From positions 434,001 through 498,000 of the forward strand of contig CATNEN010000037.1 in the NCBI GenBank assembly GCA_950097015.1: DNA of 64,000 nt, read 5' to 3'. Shown piece by piece: positions 12,053-24,258 of this stretch (positions are counted from its first letter, which is position 1; every line of letters begins with the position of its first letter). The notes beneath the pieces are model-generated. The model was not told the DNA's origin, did not search any database, and worked only from the letters and a program-made list of their open reading frames with translations. A program made the translations under genes and the position numbers. This stretch comes from Macrostomum hystrix (lineage: Eukaryota; Animalia; Platyhelminthes).

Positions 12053-12292
12053 GCGTTGCATGTAGTTTCCTCGAGTGTCATGCAATAATAAAAATTATAA
12101 AATTTATAAATTTTATAAATTTTGACTTCAAACATCTCTCGGCTGATAAGAAACAGCTCTCACTCACAAAACCACCCGTGATACACTCAGCCAAGTGATG
12201 CGTGAAGTAAAATTAAAAAATATTAATTTTTTTAAATAATATTACAAATATTATATGCATTGCATGACACCCGAGGAAACTACATGCAACGC
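12053..12292. mobile_element. MITE-like inverted repeat element
   Basis: 34-bp IR GCGTTGCATGTAGTTTCCTCGAGTGTCATGCAAT (12053..12086) vs 12259..12292, one mismatch; no clear TSD. Confidence 0.6.
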
Positions 12293-13245
12293 TACATCTA
12301 TGTAGTTTCACCAAAAAGCCATGGAGTCTGTGTGGAGTTTTTTGGGTTCGCTAAAACTGGCGTCAGAAGTTGCTTTAACTAAAGCTTCGACAAGTAAACA
12401 CTTTCAGAATTATGATAGAAGGAGTTAAGTTGTAATTTCAAGATTAGAAGTGGTCGGGGTAGTGATTGGAACTCCATTTTCACAAAGGGTTCAACAAGCC
12501 ATTTTTTCTAAACAAATTTTCTAAAAAAATAAATGCAGCTTGATTGGGTCAGCGTAGCTTGAAATTATTGAAATAAAATTGTTGGCATCCTGTCAGTGCT
12601 GAAAAAATAATTATAGCCTTTGCACTGATGTCTTTCCAGAAAAGCTCTGTAAAGGGTTGACAACGTGCGTCTACACGCCGGCGCGTATGAGTTTCACAAA
12701 AACAAAAATATTTTTTGGGCCTTATTATTTCTAAAGCTGTGACTAAAAGAAGTAGAATTCTAAAAAATAAAAAGTTTTCTTGCACTTTTCGTCTTCTCAA
12801 ACGAAAATACGGTGACTTTTTGTTTTGCATGAATTCGATTTTACTTAAAGTAAGTTTATTTCAGCATAGTGTTATTATACATATTAATTTACATTATACA
12901 TGGGTGGGTGCAATAGTTGTTTTAACTAGAGCCTATTTATTGTACTGGTTTATTTGCGATATGTGCTGTTATTGTCGTCTGTTTTCAACCGACAGCCATA
13001 GTTGTCAAATTATTTCTGTGGCCCTAGCTATAGGCGATCTTATTGAGTCGTTCATTAATTTTTTTTGCGGAAATTTGTTTCTTATATATTTAAGCCCTAT
13101 TAGTATTATGTCTGAAAAGGGAAAGCAAATGAAGGTTTACCACTTTAAAATGTAACAAGAGCTAAAACTTACGAAATATAATTTAACGATTTATTCTGTA
13201 TCTGTACATATAAAGTCGAGAAAATACATTAGGCCTAGCGACTTT

Positions 13246-13612
13246 ATACCGCGCTGTAAAAACCACTAATTTTACCGCATTGTAATGTCAACATTAATGA
13301 CAACACATTACCTTGCTGTGAAGTTAGCGGCTTTTACCACACTGTTTAACAAACCTTATTTCAGGCTTGGACTAGGCCTATGCAGTGGACTATGTGGAAT
13401 TTACTGCACTGTTTAAAAAAACCTCATTTTAGGCTTTGGCTATGCTAGGCTATACTATATGGTGGACTATATGGTTTGTTAATCAGTGCAGTTTTTAACA
13501 TGTTATAAACAGTGTGGTAAAAACTGCTAACTTTGCACGTTGCAGGGTAGTGTGTAAGGGTAAGGGTTGACATGACAATGCAGTAAAGTTAGTGGTTTTT
13601 ACCACCCGGTTT
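13246..13612. mobile_element. MITE-like element with ~105-bp imperfect inverted arms
   Basis: GTAAAAACCACTAATTTTACCGCATTGTAATGTCAAC...TTTTACCACACTGTTTA is mirrored on the opposite strand at 13505..13612. Confidence 0.6.
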
Positions 13613-14883
13613 AATGTCACTAATGTGGAGAAAATCTCAAGATAGTTAAATCCAGACAGCATCTGATATAGTTAGCAACAAGGTAGGGCAGGTACCTGTA
13701 GAACAACCTCCCAAATCTTAGCCGGCTATGCAACTTAGTTTTTGTTCTATTTATGACTTAGTTTGCTTTTAGTTTGCTTTTGTTTATTTACGACTTTTGC
13801 AAACTTCTGTAGTTACCAATTGTCATATTCTGTCTAAAATTAATGAAAATTATTGTTGACTTTTTTATGAAGGATAGTGCAAACATAGGCCTAGGCCTAT
13901 TATACATTAATGCAAATATTAATTGCAGCTATCAAGTAGCTATGTTTTTTTATTTTAATTCTGTATTGATTCGATACAAATATTGTTAGGCAGCTAAAAT
14001 ATAGCTCATCTATTTTTTCAAGCTTAAATCTGCTTCTCAATTTTTTTAGCAATGGACTGTATTTTTTTAGTTGTTCATGTACTGTATAAGTCTTCATGTT
14101 TTAGTTCGTACTTAAATGAAAAAGAAAAATAGAAAAATAATGCTGCACTTCCACATCAGTAGCTGTAGTTATATACTTTCCATATACAAGTAAAAGTGCA
14201 TGGAATGGCGTTACATTCAATCACATTTAACATTTTGACAAAAGTTATGATATTTTAGCACAAAATTAACTTTCTGTAGCCACACTTGGCCACACTTGAG
14301 TTTGTTTAAGTCATTTAAAAACAAAGAACATACAAAGTGTTTTTTAAACTTAAACTTCATTCTAGCTCTAGATCTTCTTAACCAGTTTTTTATTATAAAC
14401 ATTCTAAGCATCTTATAAAAACCAAATATTATGTATTTTTGTAATCGACAGTTAGTCTGGACAAAAAACTAACAAATTCGTATTCGGCTCACATATTTGT
14501 CGAGGTGGTGCTTTAAGTATATTTTTCAAGATACAATGCCAACTGATAATAAACCATTTAGGTAAGAAAAGCTATCGCTCCCTTTACCTCTTTTTTATTT
14601 CATAAGTTGTCATCTAAGCTTTGAGACAGGGTCATATGTACTTATCTAAATAATTTTAGTTATATATATAAATGTAGCTAGCTATGCAAAATAGTGAAAA
14701 ATCACAAAATACAAAAGAAGTTTCTAAGATCAGTGTATTCGCTTGTTTGTGATTATTCTCCTTTTAAGAGTTTTAGAATTATCTTAAACTTATTGCAGGT
14801 CAATGTAATAGAGGCCCGGAGCGTACCAGAATCGTTTCATACTACTAATCAGTAGTTAAAGCAACAGTTTTTTAAACACCGCC

Positions 14884-17800
14884 ATGGAGGGCAACCGAGA
14901 CGAGAGTCTGAAATGTCTGGCCATAGCCAGAGCAGCCCTAGCCGCTTGCGATTTATCCAAGGCTGGCCGCTTTGCCGATAAAGCAATCCGGCTGTATCCA
15001 TGCGAGGAGGCCAAACGATTGGCTAGAAAAATTGCCGCCGAATCCAATGCCAACGAAAGTCAGCGACCGTCTGCGGCATCCTCGCCCGGATCCGGCTCGG
15101 CGACGTCTAACAACCCGTCGTCCTCAGCGAAGGGAGCATCTTCGGCTGCGGCGAATCATGCTGCGGAACGAAACTATACGGATGAACAGGTTCGGGTGAA
15201 ACATTCTGGTTTCAGCTCACTGATCAAATAATGTGGAAGATCGTGTACTTAGATACAAGACTTGATGTAGGTCTATTTTAGGGTCCAATGGAAGGGCTGG
15301 TGTAGGTCTATTTTAGGGTCCAATGGAAGGGCTGGTGTAGGTCTATTTTAAGGTCCAATGGAAGGGCTGGTGTAGGTCTATTTTAGGGTTCAATGGAAGG
15401 GCTGGTGTAGGTCTATTTTAAGGTCCAATGGAAGGGCTGGTGTAGGTCTATTTTAGGGTCCAGTGGAAGGGCTGGTGTAGGTCTATTTTAGGGTCCAGTG
15501 GAAGGGCTTGTGTAGGTCTATTTTAGGGTCCAGTGGAAGGGCTGGTGTAGGTCTATTTTAGGGTCCAGTGGAAGGGCTGGTGTAGGTCTATTTTAGGGTC
15601 CAGTGGAAGGGCTGGTGTAGGTCTATTTTAGGGTCCAATGGAAGGGCTGGTGTAGGTCTATTTTAGGGTCCAGTGGAAGGGCTGGTGTAGGTCTATTTTA
15701 GGGTCCAGTGGAAGGGCTGGTGTAGGTCTATTTTAGGGTCCAATGGAAGGGCTGGTGTAGGTCTATTTTAGGGTCCAGTGGAAGGGCTGGTGTAGGTCTA
15801 TTTTAGGGTCCAGTGGAAGGGCTGGTGTAGGTCTATTTTAGGGTCCAGTGGAAGGGCTTGTGTAGGTCTATTTTAGGGTCCAGTGGAAGGGCTGGTGTAG
15901 GTCTATTTTTGGGTCCAGTGGGCTTATGCTTTCGACGAATTGTAATAATCAATTGAAAGCTTAATGAAAAGAGATCTTACGGGTCTCTGTCGAGGTTAAT
16001 GTTCCGGTAAATTGAATGTTTCCGTATGTGGGGTTAATGCGAGCTACTTAAAATTGATTTTTTTCTCAAATAATCTCCTAATTCGGATCTTTTCTATGTG
16101 AACTACTCCCAGTAGTACGAAAATGTTTTTTTTGCGCACAAAACAACTGACTTGTTTACACTTTCTCAGGTAGCCGATGTCCGACGAATCCGACAGGCCG
16201 GAGATTATTACGCCATCCTGGGCGTTGCTAAGAACGCCACCGAGGACGACTTAAAGCGGGCCTATAGAAAGCTAGCCCTGCGCTTTCATCCGGATAAGAA
16301 CAAGGCGCCGGGAGCTGCTGAAGCATTCAAGGTGGGCTCGCTTGCTGGCTTAGGAAGCAATTGTTCATGGTTTCTGGTTCGGGCTTTGGGATTCAGAATT
16401 TAAGGTGAAGTTTCAGGTCCTTGGCTGAAGGTTTTGATCCGTAGGCTCTGAGGGTTCAGATCATTGGCTGAAGTTTCAGGTCCTTGGCTGATGGTTCAGG
16501 TCCTTGGCTGATGGTTCAGGTCCTTGGCTGATGGTTCAGGTCCTTGGCTGATGGTTCAGGTCCTTGGCTGATGGTTCAGTTCCTTGGCTGATGGTTCAGT
16601 TCCTTGGCTGATGGTTCAGGTCCTTGGCTGATGGTTCAGGTCCTTGGCTGATGGTTCAGGTCCTTGGCTGATGGTTCAGTGCCTTGGTAGAAGGTTCTGA
16701 TCCGAAGGCTCTGAGGGTTAAGATAGTGAAGGTTGTGGTTTATAGCTGACTTTAAGGTTCAATGTGAATGTTTATATTATAACATTGCTAAGCTATAGGT
16801 TTATGATCATGAAATTTTAAACCTAGTGATTTCTGAGCTTGTCAACTTCTGTCTAAGTTTACTAAAGCAGTCCGCTCCGTCACCACTTGTCAAGGCCATC
16901 GGCAACGCCTACAGTGTACTATCAGACGATCAGAAGCGCAAGCGCTACGATCTATACGGTCCTGAGACTAATTCGCAGCCTTCTGCACAGTCGAGTAGGC
17001 GTCGCGGCTACCATAGCAACGGTGGTGGCTTCTACTACGAGTCCACATTCGAGCCGGACATGTCCGCCGAGGAGATTTTCAACATGTTCTTCGGCGGCGG
17101 CTTTCCTAGTCGAGACGTTCGCCGTCGAGCGCGAAATCAGCAACAGCAGCAGCATAGTAACCATAGCAACCACAGTTTTCGACACGACCAAGCTCAGGGC
17201 GACCCTAGTTGGACTGCCAATTATTCCGTACTGCTGCAGCTGGGCCCAATATTGCTGCTCATTTTAATCTCGATTGCCTCAACGCTTTTCCAAAGAGATC
17301 CGTGGTACAGCCTGACCCAGACCTCGTAAGGAATCTTTTGTTTGTAATACGAAGCACTAATAATGTTAAAATTGTTCCTTGTACCATTTCCCCAATACTA
17401 CGTTTCTTCGCATTTACCCATTTCTGGGGTTTTTCCATTTCCCCATGTTTCTTTCCGTTTCCCAATTGCCGTATTTATTCCTATTCCAATATTACTACGT
17501 TTCTTGCCATTTCCCTATTACTACGTTTCTTCCCATTTCCCTATTACTTCGTTTCCTCCCATTTCCCTATTGCTACGTTTCTTCCCATTTCCCCATTTCT
17601 GCGTCTCTTTTCATTTCCCCATTTCTGCGTCTCTTTTCATTTCCCTATTTCTGCGTCTCATCCCATTTCCCTATTTCTGCGTCTCATCCCATTCCCCCAT
17701 TTCTGCGTCTCATCTCATTTCCCCATTTCTGCGTCTCATCCCATTTCCCCATTTCTGCGTCTCTTCCCATTTCCCCATTTCTGCGTCTCTTCCCATTTCC

Positions 17801-20374
17801 CCATTTCTGCGTCTCTTCCCATTTCCCCATTTCTGCGTCTCTTTTCATTTCCCTATTTCTGCGTCTCATCCCATTTCCCCATTTCTGCGTCTCATCCCAT
17901 TTCCCTATTTCTGCGTCTCATCCCATTCCCCCATTTCTGCGTCTCATCTCATTTCCCCATTTCTGCGTCTCTTCCCATTTCCCCATTTCTGCGTCTCTTC
18001 CCATTTCCCCATTTCTGCGTCTCTTCCCATTTCCCCATTTCTGCGTCTCATCCCATTTCCCCATTTCTGCGTCTCATCCCATTTCCCTATTTCTGCGTCT
18101 CTTCGCATTTCCCCATTTCTGCGTCTCTTTTCATTTCCCTATTTCTGCGTCTCATCCCATTTCCCCATTTCTGCGTCTCTTCCCATTTCCCTATTTCTGC
18201 GTCTCATCCCATTCCCCCATTTCTGCGTCTCATCTCATTTCCCCATTTCTGCGTCTCTTCCCATTTCCCCATTTCTACGTCTCATCTCATTTCCCATTTC
18301 TGCGTCTCTTCGCATTTCCCCATTTCTGCGTCTCTTTTCATTTCCCTATTTCTGCGTCTCATCCCATTTCCCCATTTCTGCGTCTCATCCCATTTCCCTA
18401 TTTCTGCGTCTCATCCCATTCCCCCATTTCTGCGTCTCATCTCATTTCCCCATTTCTGCGTCTCATCCCATTTCCCCATTTCTGCGTCTCTTCCCATTTC
18501 CCCATTTCTGCGTCTCTTCCCATTTCCCCATTTCTGCGTCTCTTCCCATTTCCCCATTTCTACGTCTCATCCCATTTCCCCATTTCTGCGTCTCTTCCCA
18601 TTTCCCCATTTCTGCGTCTCTTCCCATTTCCCCATTTCTGCGTCTCATCTCATTTCCCCATTTCTGCGTCTCTTCCCATTTCCCCATTTCTACGTCTCAT
18701 CTCATTTCCCATTTCTGCGTCTCTTCGCATTTCGCATTTCTGCGTCTCTTCCCATTTCCCCATTTCTGCGTCTCATCTCATTTCCCCATTTCTGCGTCTC
18801 TTCCCATTTCCCCATTTCTGCGTCTCATCTCATTTCCCCATTTCTGCGTCTCTTCCCATTTCCCCATTTCTGCGTCTCATCTCATTTCCCCATTCTGCGT
18901 CTCTTCCCATTTCCCCATTTCTGCGTCTCATCCCATTTCCTAACAACTGCGTCTCATCTCATTTCCCAACAACTGCGTCTCTTCTTTTTTCCCCATCGCC
19001 CTCTCTATTCCCATTTTCCTTCTACCCACTATCTTCCCATTTGCCTATAATTTTCTCTCTTGCCAACCCCTAGTATTGTCTCTCTTCCTATCCTAACTTC
19101 TGCTTATATCGAACCCGCGCAGGAAGTTTAACAATCAGCGAACAACTCGCCAGTATTCGGTGCCATACTTTGTAAAGCCGAGCTTCGATTCAGATTTCAC
19201 TGGCAGCCTGCAGCACTTGGAGACAGAAATAATTCAGGATTATGCCCACAGACTCAAGTCGCGCTGCTATCAGGAGAAGTCGTACAGTGAGTCGCTTTGT
19301 CAGTTTTAATTTTTTCGGTAGCGAGTAAGTAGGAAATTACTCAAAATAGCTTTTCCCTGGTAATGTGAGATCTGCTAGGAATAAGTATTGCCTAGGAGCG
19401 TAGGAAGAAAGCAAGTCTATTGCGCTAGAAATCCCATACAGTGGGAAATTCCACGTAATTGGAAATCCTTCATAATGGAGAATCCCTCGATATGGATTCA
19501 TCTCATTTTTTTAAATTTCATGGGAAATCCCTAAATAGGGGAAATCTCTTACGGAAGAGATTCCCTCAAAATAGAGATTCCCTTGAAATGGAGATTCCCT
19601 CAAAATGGAGATTCCCGCAAAACTAAGAATCCCTAAAAATTAAGATTCCATCAAAATAATGATTCTTTTAAAATGGAGATTCCCTCAAAATAGAGATTCC
19701 CTTGAAATGGAGATTCCCTCAAAATGGAGATTCCCGCAAAACTAAGAATCCCTAAAAATTAAGATTCCATCAAAATAATGATTCTTTTAAAATGGAGATT
19801 CCCTCAAAATAGAGATTCCCTCGAAACGGAGATTCCCTCAAAATAGAGATTCCCTCGAAACGGAGATTCCCTCAAAATAGAGATTCCCCCAAAACGGAGA
19901 TTCCCTCAAAATAGAGATTCCCTTGAAATGGAGATTCCCTCAAAATGGAGATTCCCGCAAAACTACGAATCCCTAAAAATTAAGATTCCATCAAAATAAT
20001 GATTCTTTTAAAACGGAGACTCCCTCAAAACGGAGATTCCCTCGAAACGGAGATTCCCTCAAAACGGAGATTCCCCCAAAACGGAGATTCCCTCAAAACG
20101 GAGATTCCCTCAAAACGGAGATTCCCTCAAAACGGAGATTCCCTCAATATCGAGATTCCCCCAAGAGTCGTAGACAATGACAAAATAAATGCAGTCATTC
20201 AGCGAAGGGCGATCTCCAACTCGAGTCACCCCCCCTGTTGTGAACCCTTGGCCGGCAGAGCTGTCAATGATGCACCGGGCCCAGTTCTACTCAGACCGGC
20301 AGGCCTATGAGAAGGCCAACGAGTTGCAAACGCCCAGCTGCGACTCATTTGAGTCAGTGTTCGGCGGCGGCTGA
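14884..20374 (+). CDS. DNAJB12: DnaJ homolog subfamily B member 12/14 (ER membrane J-protein), 5 exons, 392 aa
   Basis: join(14884..15189,16170..16331,16895..17325,19123..19286,20259..20374), GT-AG, 1179 nt. N-terminus [11 protein letters not shown]; J-domain DYYAILGV...[34 protein letters not shown]; [13 protein letters not shown]; TM segment; DUF1977-like C-terminus (YFVKPSF, CYQEK, TPSC). B12 vs B14 not resolvable. Confidence 0.93.
15264..15920. repeat. 35-bp minisatellite in DNAJB12 intron 1
   Basis: GGTCTATTTTAGGGTCCAGTGGAAGGGCTGGTGTA, about 18 copies. Confidence 0.97.
16405..16690. repeat. 20-bp minisatellite in DNAJB12 intron 2
   Basis: GATGGTTCAGGTCCTTGGCT tandem copies. Confidence 0.95.
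17380..18990. repeat. ~26-bp pyrimidine-rich minisatellite in DNAJB12 intron 3
   Basis: CCCATTTCCCCATTTCTGCGTCTCTT and variants. Confidence 0.95.
19545..20160. repeat. 17-bp minisatellite with ~119-bp higher-order block in DNAJB12 intron 4
   Basis: AAAACGGAGATTCCCTC units; a block containing AAGAATCCCTAAAAATTAAGATTCCATCAAAATAATGATTC recurs three times. Confidence 0.9.
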
Positions 20375-21109
20375 TATTAATTAATTGGCTATCCTGATCC
20401 CGCTACCGATTTTCATTTCTTTTGCTTGTTTTAACCATTGTTGCACCGCTTGCTCTCGACAAGCAGCGACCCTTAGCAACAATCTGAGATTGTCATTTGT
20501 GCTCTGAGAATTGCTAATCATGCTTTTTTTACATTCGTGAATGATTTGATAATTATTATTATTTTGTTGACAGTCAAGACTAGCACATTTTTATGTATCT
20601 CCCTTGCATTACGATTAATTTTGAACCAAAAGCCTAGATTTAATTTAGATTCAAATCCCAGTTCGATTCAAATTGTTCTGCCTATGCTGTCTATCTGTGA
20701 AGCCCATAGTAAATTATCTGTTGTGCTCTGTGAGTGAAAATGATGCTTTGTTGAATTTAATCTAGGCTGGTATTTATATTATTTATATTTCCCTGAATTT
20801 ATTTCACCTCAGCGGCCTCTACTAAACCTTGCATACCTGGGTAAGCTGATTTCATAGATTTCTAGTTAAACTTTCTAAACTGCTATTGGAATTATTAATT
20901 ATATGGTTTTTAGAAGAAAATGTTGAATTTTCTACACTTTCACAATGTTGGATTTTGCTTTCCTATCCAGTCATCAAATATACGAGTTTGGATAGAAGTT
21001 TATTGGCAATCGGAGCAAGGCACTTACATGAAGTACATTTTAATGACCAATAATTAACCATGTTACGCTAAAAAGCTATTCATTTAATGCATCAGTATCT
21101 GGGTACTTT

Positions 21110-21474
21110 AAGGGGGGTCGGTGGCAGAGCGGTTATCGCGCTTGACACTCGCACCAAGGTCCCTAAGTTCGATTCCACGGCGAGGCCACATTTATGTGGG
21201 GCGCAGCCGCGGAGAGAAGGCTTGGTGGCTTGTGCAATTTACGCCCTTGAGGGCCAACCTCCAAGGCACAGTGAGAGTGTACACTGCCTGACAATGAGAA
21301 AGTCAGGGCAGATGTACACACCTGTGTGAGTGTATGCCTGCGTACAGTATCAGTGTGCGTGTGTGCTCAGGAGTCAGCGAAATGGGCAGAATTGCCTCCT
21401 CGCTGGCTGCGGGTCTAGTGTCACCAACTGATGTGCCATTGCCCGCAGCCCTCCTGCAATTATTATTATTTTTT
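21110..21474 (+). mobile_element. tRNA-derived SINE, full length (365 bp)
   Basis: A box TGGCAGAGCGG (21122), B box GTTCGATTC (21167), (TTA)n/T tail, 14-bp TSD TATCTGGGTACTTT at 21096..21109 and 21475..21488; two more copies at 45.5-46.0 kb. Confidence 0.92.
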
Positions 21475-23334
21475 TATCTGGGTACTTTTGGTAACTGAAA
21501 CTAGTAGATTAAGAGTAAGATTAAGAGTACTTTAAAAATTAGTACATTTAAAAATCTTAAACGAGATGAAAACAACGATTTTATGTGAGTAATGTCTTAT
21601 TTCAGATAAAATTGAGATGTGAACAACTAAATCAAACAGAATAAATGTAAAACGATTGATGCGAATTACTTTGTGTAATGATCATTTGAATTTTCTAATG
21701 TCCTATCCTAGTGCGGAATGCTCGCTGTAAAAAAAAACAACGTAAAAACTGTCGCATGATAATACATCTCATCTCAAATGTTGATAAGGATTCCGGCAGT
21801 TATCCATCAGTCAATGGATTAAGTTAAAATGACAACTACTGGTACCATATTAGCTTAATAATGTTTATTTATACGTTATATTTTTGCGCGACACAGCGGT
21901 TTTTATTCCATTGTTTTCCGTTGCGTCGTTTCGTGATTTTTAGGAGAAAATCTATGTGCTTTCGCAACCCTTTAATATAGTCATTCAACAATTGATCATC
22001 TGAATTCCCTTCACCAAAAGCAATTCACAAGCACCATCGAGTTTTTCGACGTTTTGGGGTTGTGAAATTACTTTCGAAAACTATTTTTTGGACTTAAAAT
22101 TTAATGTTGTCAGTTCAAAATTTAATTTAAGACGTTTAAAACTGACGCATATTATCGCTGCCTTCGACTTTTTGTAGTCCTTGCTGCATGTGATTACGGC
22201 ATTTTAGAAGCAGTGGAATAATCGGGGTATATGATGTTGGTGTTGAAGTTAGTGTTGTTGGTGGTGTTGAAGTTTTTGTCGTGGGAAATTTAGGGAATAC
22301 GAAGCTGTAGATTAAGAAATTTGGCGGGAGGTGAGACGTTCATGAAAAGCCTCGATACAAATTTATAGATCACCCAAGTTCCTGGAAGTTTACGAAAATA
22401 ACATTACAACAAAGACAAACTAATTACATACAGATAACAGACAATAAATAAGAATAAATCAATTATAATATAATTTATTTGATAGTTAATAAACAACTCG
22501 TTATAGTCAATAGTTCAAATGGATTCTGATGCATTATCATAAAATGTGGCGATTATTTAACATTTTTTCGCATATTTTATATATCTAGTAAATTTTGTTT
22601 CTAGGAACATTTCTACACCCAACATTAGTTAGAGAGATAGACAAAAAGTAGCATTTAAAAAAAAACGATACATTTTTCAAATTCCTTAGTAGAGCAGACT
22701 AAGAAATCGCCATAAAATGCCTTTACAAGATACATCAAAAGCCTTAGCCTTACAGAAGTTACAGTATTGACAGAATTAAAAAAAACAATCTGAATTGTTA
22801 TTAGGATGTTTATCCAATCTGCCCTAAACTGTTTTAGCTAACAGCCCTCATATCCATAAATGAGCAACTCATATTGGAAATTGCCAAATAGGTTTACAGC
22901 TTCTAACAAATTATAGTTTAGCAGTTGATTATTAAATATCTCCCTAACTTCTAATTATTAGTTATCATGCTTTCACAAAAAGAAATATAATATACTAGGC
23001 ATATAGGGAGTATAGGGATAGACCTATATGCTTATTTTTAGCTTACAACTGTTCTTTAAACTATGCTGCACAAATTGAAGAAGTATACTTGATAATAATA
23101 CAAAAATACATTTCAAGATTGTTTCAAGATTGTACATTTAAACTATACAATTATTGTACGGCCATAAAGTCGTTTTTTGGCCTTTCCCTAGTTAGTATGT
23201 ATATCTTTTATGACTGCAAGTTATTCTGGTGACAAAATTTTTTTTATATTTGTTTCATTGACAAGTCTTTTCTGTGCTAGGCTATATGTTTTAGTGAAAA
23301 TTGGAATTTTCATAGACTAGTCATTAAAAGATTT

Positions 23335-23568
23335 GAGGCAGATCTAAGCCAATGAAAAAAGGCTAAAATAAGGCTAAAAGGAGGCTAAAGGGCTAAGGGG
23401 CTATAGCCCCCATTTGACAGCCCCTCATAGTGGCCCCCAACATCTGCTTTAAAGTGCCCATTCACAGTGTCCCCTTGGCACATTGGCACCCTATTTGCTG
23501 TTTTTGGTTGAAGTGCCCTCTACCCAAATTTTTAGCCCACTCAAATGAAAAACCTGGATCCACCACTG
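23335..23568. mobile_element. Degenerate hAT-like MITE relic
   Basis: Right end CCTGGATCCACCACTG resembles the CAGTGGCG-type TIR of the 11879 MITE; left end eroded, no TSD seen. Confidence 0.35.
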
Positions 23569-23773
23569 ATTTTTACACATAATAAAATATAGCCCGACCT
23601 TGGTATAATAAGTACCCAAGCAGGACAGTAGTTGGAATTATTATTTTCATTTGCCATGCCACAGCCATAGATTTGCACTATATTCACTCTTATCTTCTCC
23701 TATATTCACCTATGACCAACATGTTTGTGGGCCTGGATGTTTGGACTTGCCAAAAAGTTGTTTATATGCCATA

Positions 23774-23787
23774 GTTACCATAGCAAC
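23774..23787. promoter_or_regulatory. RFX X-box motif upstream of PLD
   Basis: GTTACCATAGCAAC fits the X-box consensus GTTNCCATRGNAAC; ~470 bp before the first identified PLD exon. Confidence 0.5.
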
Positions 23788-24258
23788 TTTGTATGCTTTA
23801 AAATTTACTATAATTTAGCTATACACATTTCTTGTTTTTGAGCTTATTGTCTGCATTTTCATCTCTTGCTTTGCCATTTTTATAATTAAAACTAGATATT
23901 GCTTGCTGAACTACAATAGATAAATGATTTAATATAAAACTGTAGATAAATGATATAATCACATTGATTTGTGGTTATCCTTGTTTATGAACTATGAAGT
24001 ATTTAGCGAGAGAAGATAACAGTTTGAAACTAAAACTTTAGTTACACGCAAATCATGTGACTAACTGTGTAATCATTAGTCATGATAAATCTCTAGATAA
24101 ACTTGGTTAGAAATAGAACTTCAATTAAAGAGCTCGCCTTAAAATATAATACTAAAAATAGTTGACCTTATCTAAAATTGAAAACACCAGAGGAGTGTCT
24201 CAAAGATAAGAAATAATGTTCACTAGGAAATTTCAAATTCGGCAAACTAATTCCGCAG

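Noticed and set aside
17157-17170. X-box-like GTAACCATAGCAAC
   Set aside because: Inside a DNAJB12 coding exon, explained by Ser-Asn-His codons.
17209-19073. 500-600 aa Phe/Pro/Ser-rich ORFs
   Set aside because: Intronic 26-bp repeat; the DNAJB12 splice model excludes it.
21122-21180. tRNA gene
   Set aside because: A and B boxes present, but the tRNA-like head continues into a SINE body with tail and TSD.
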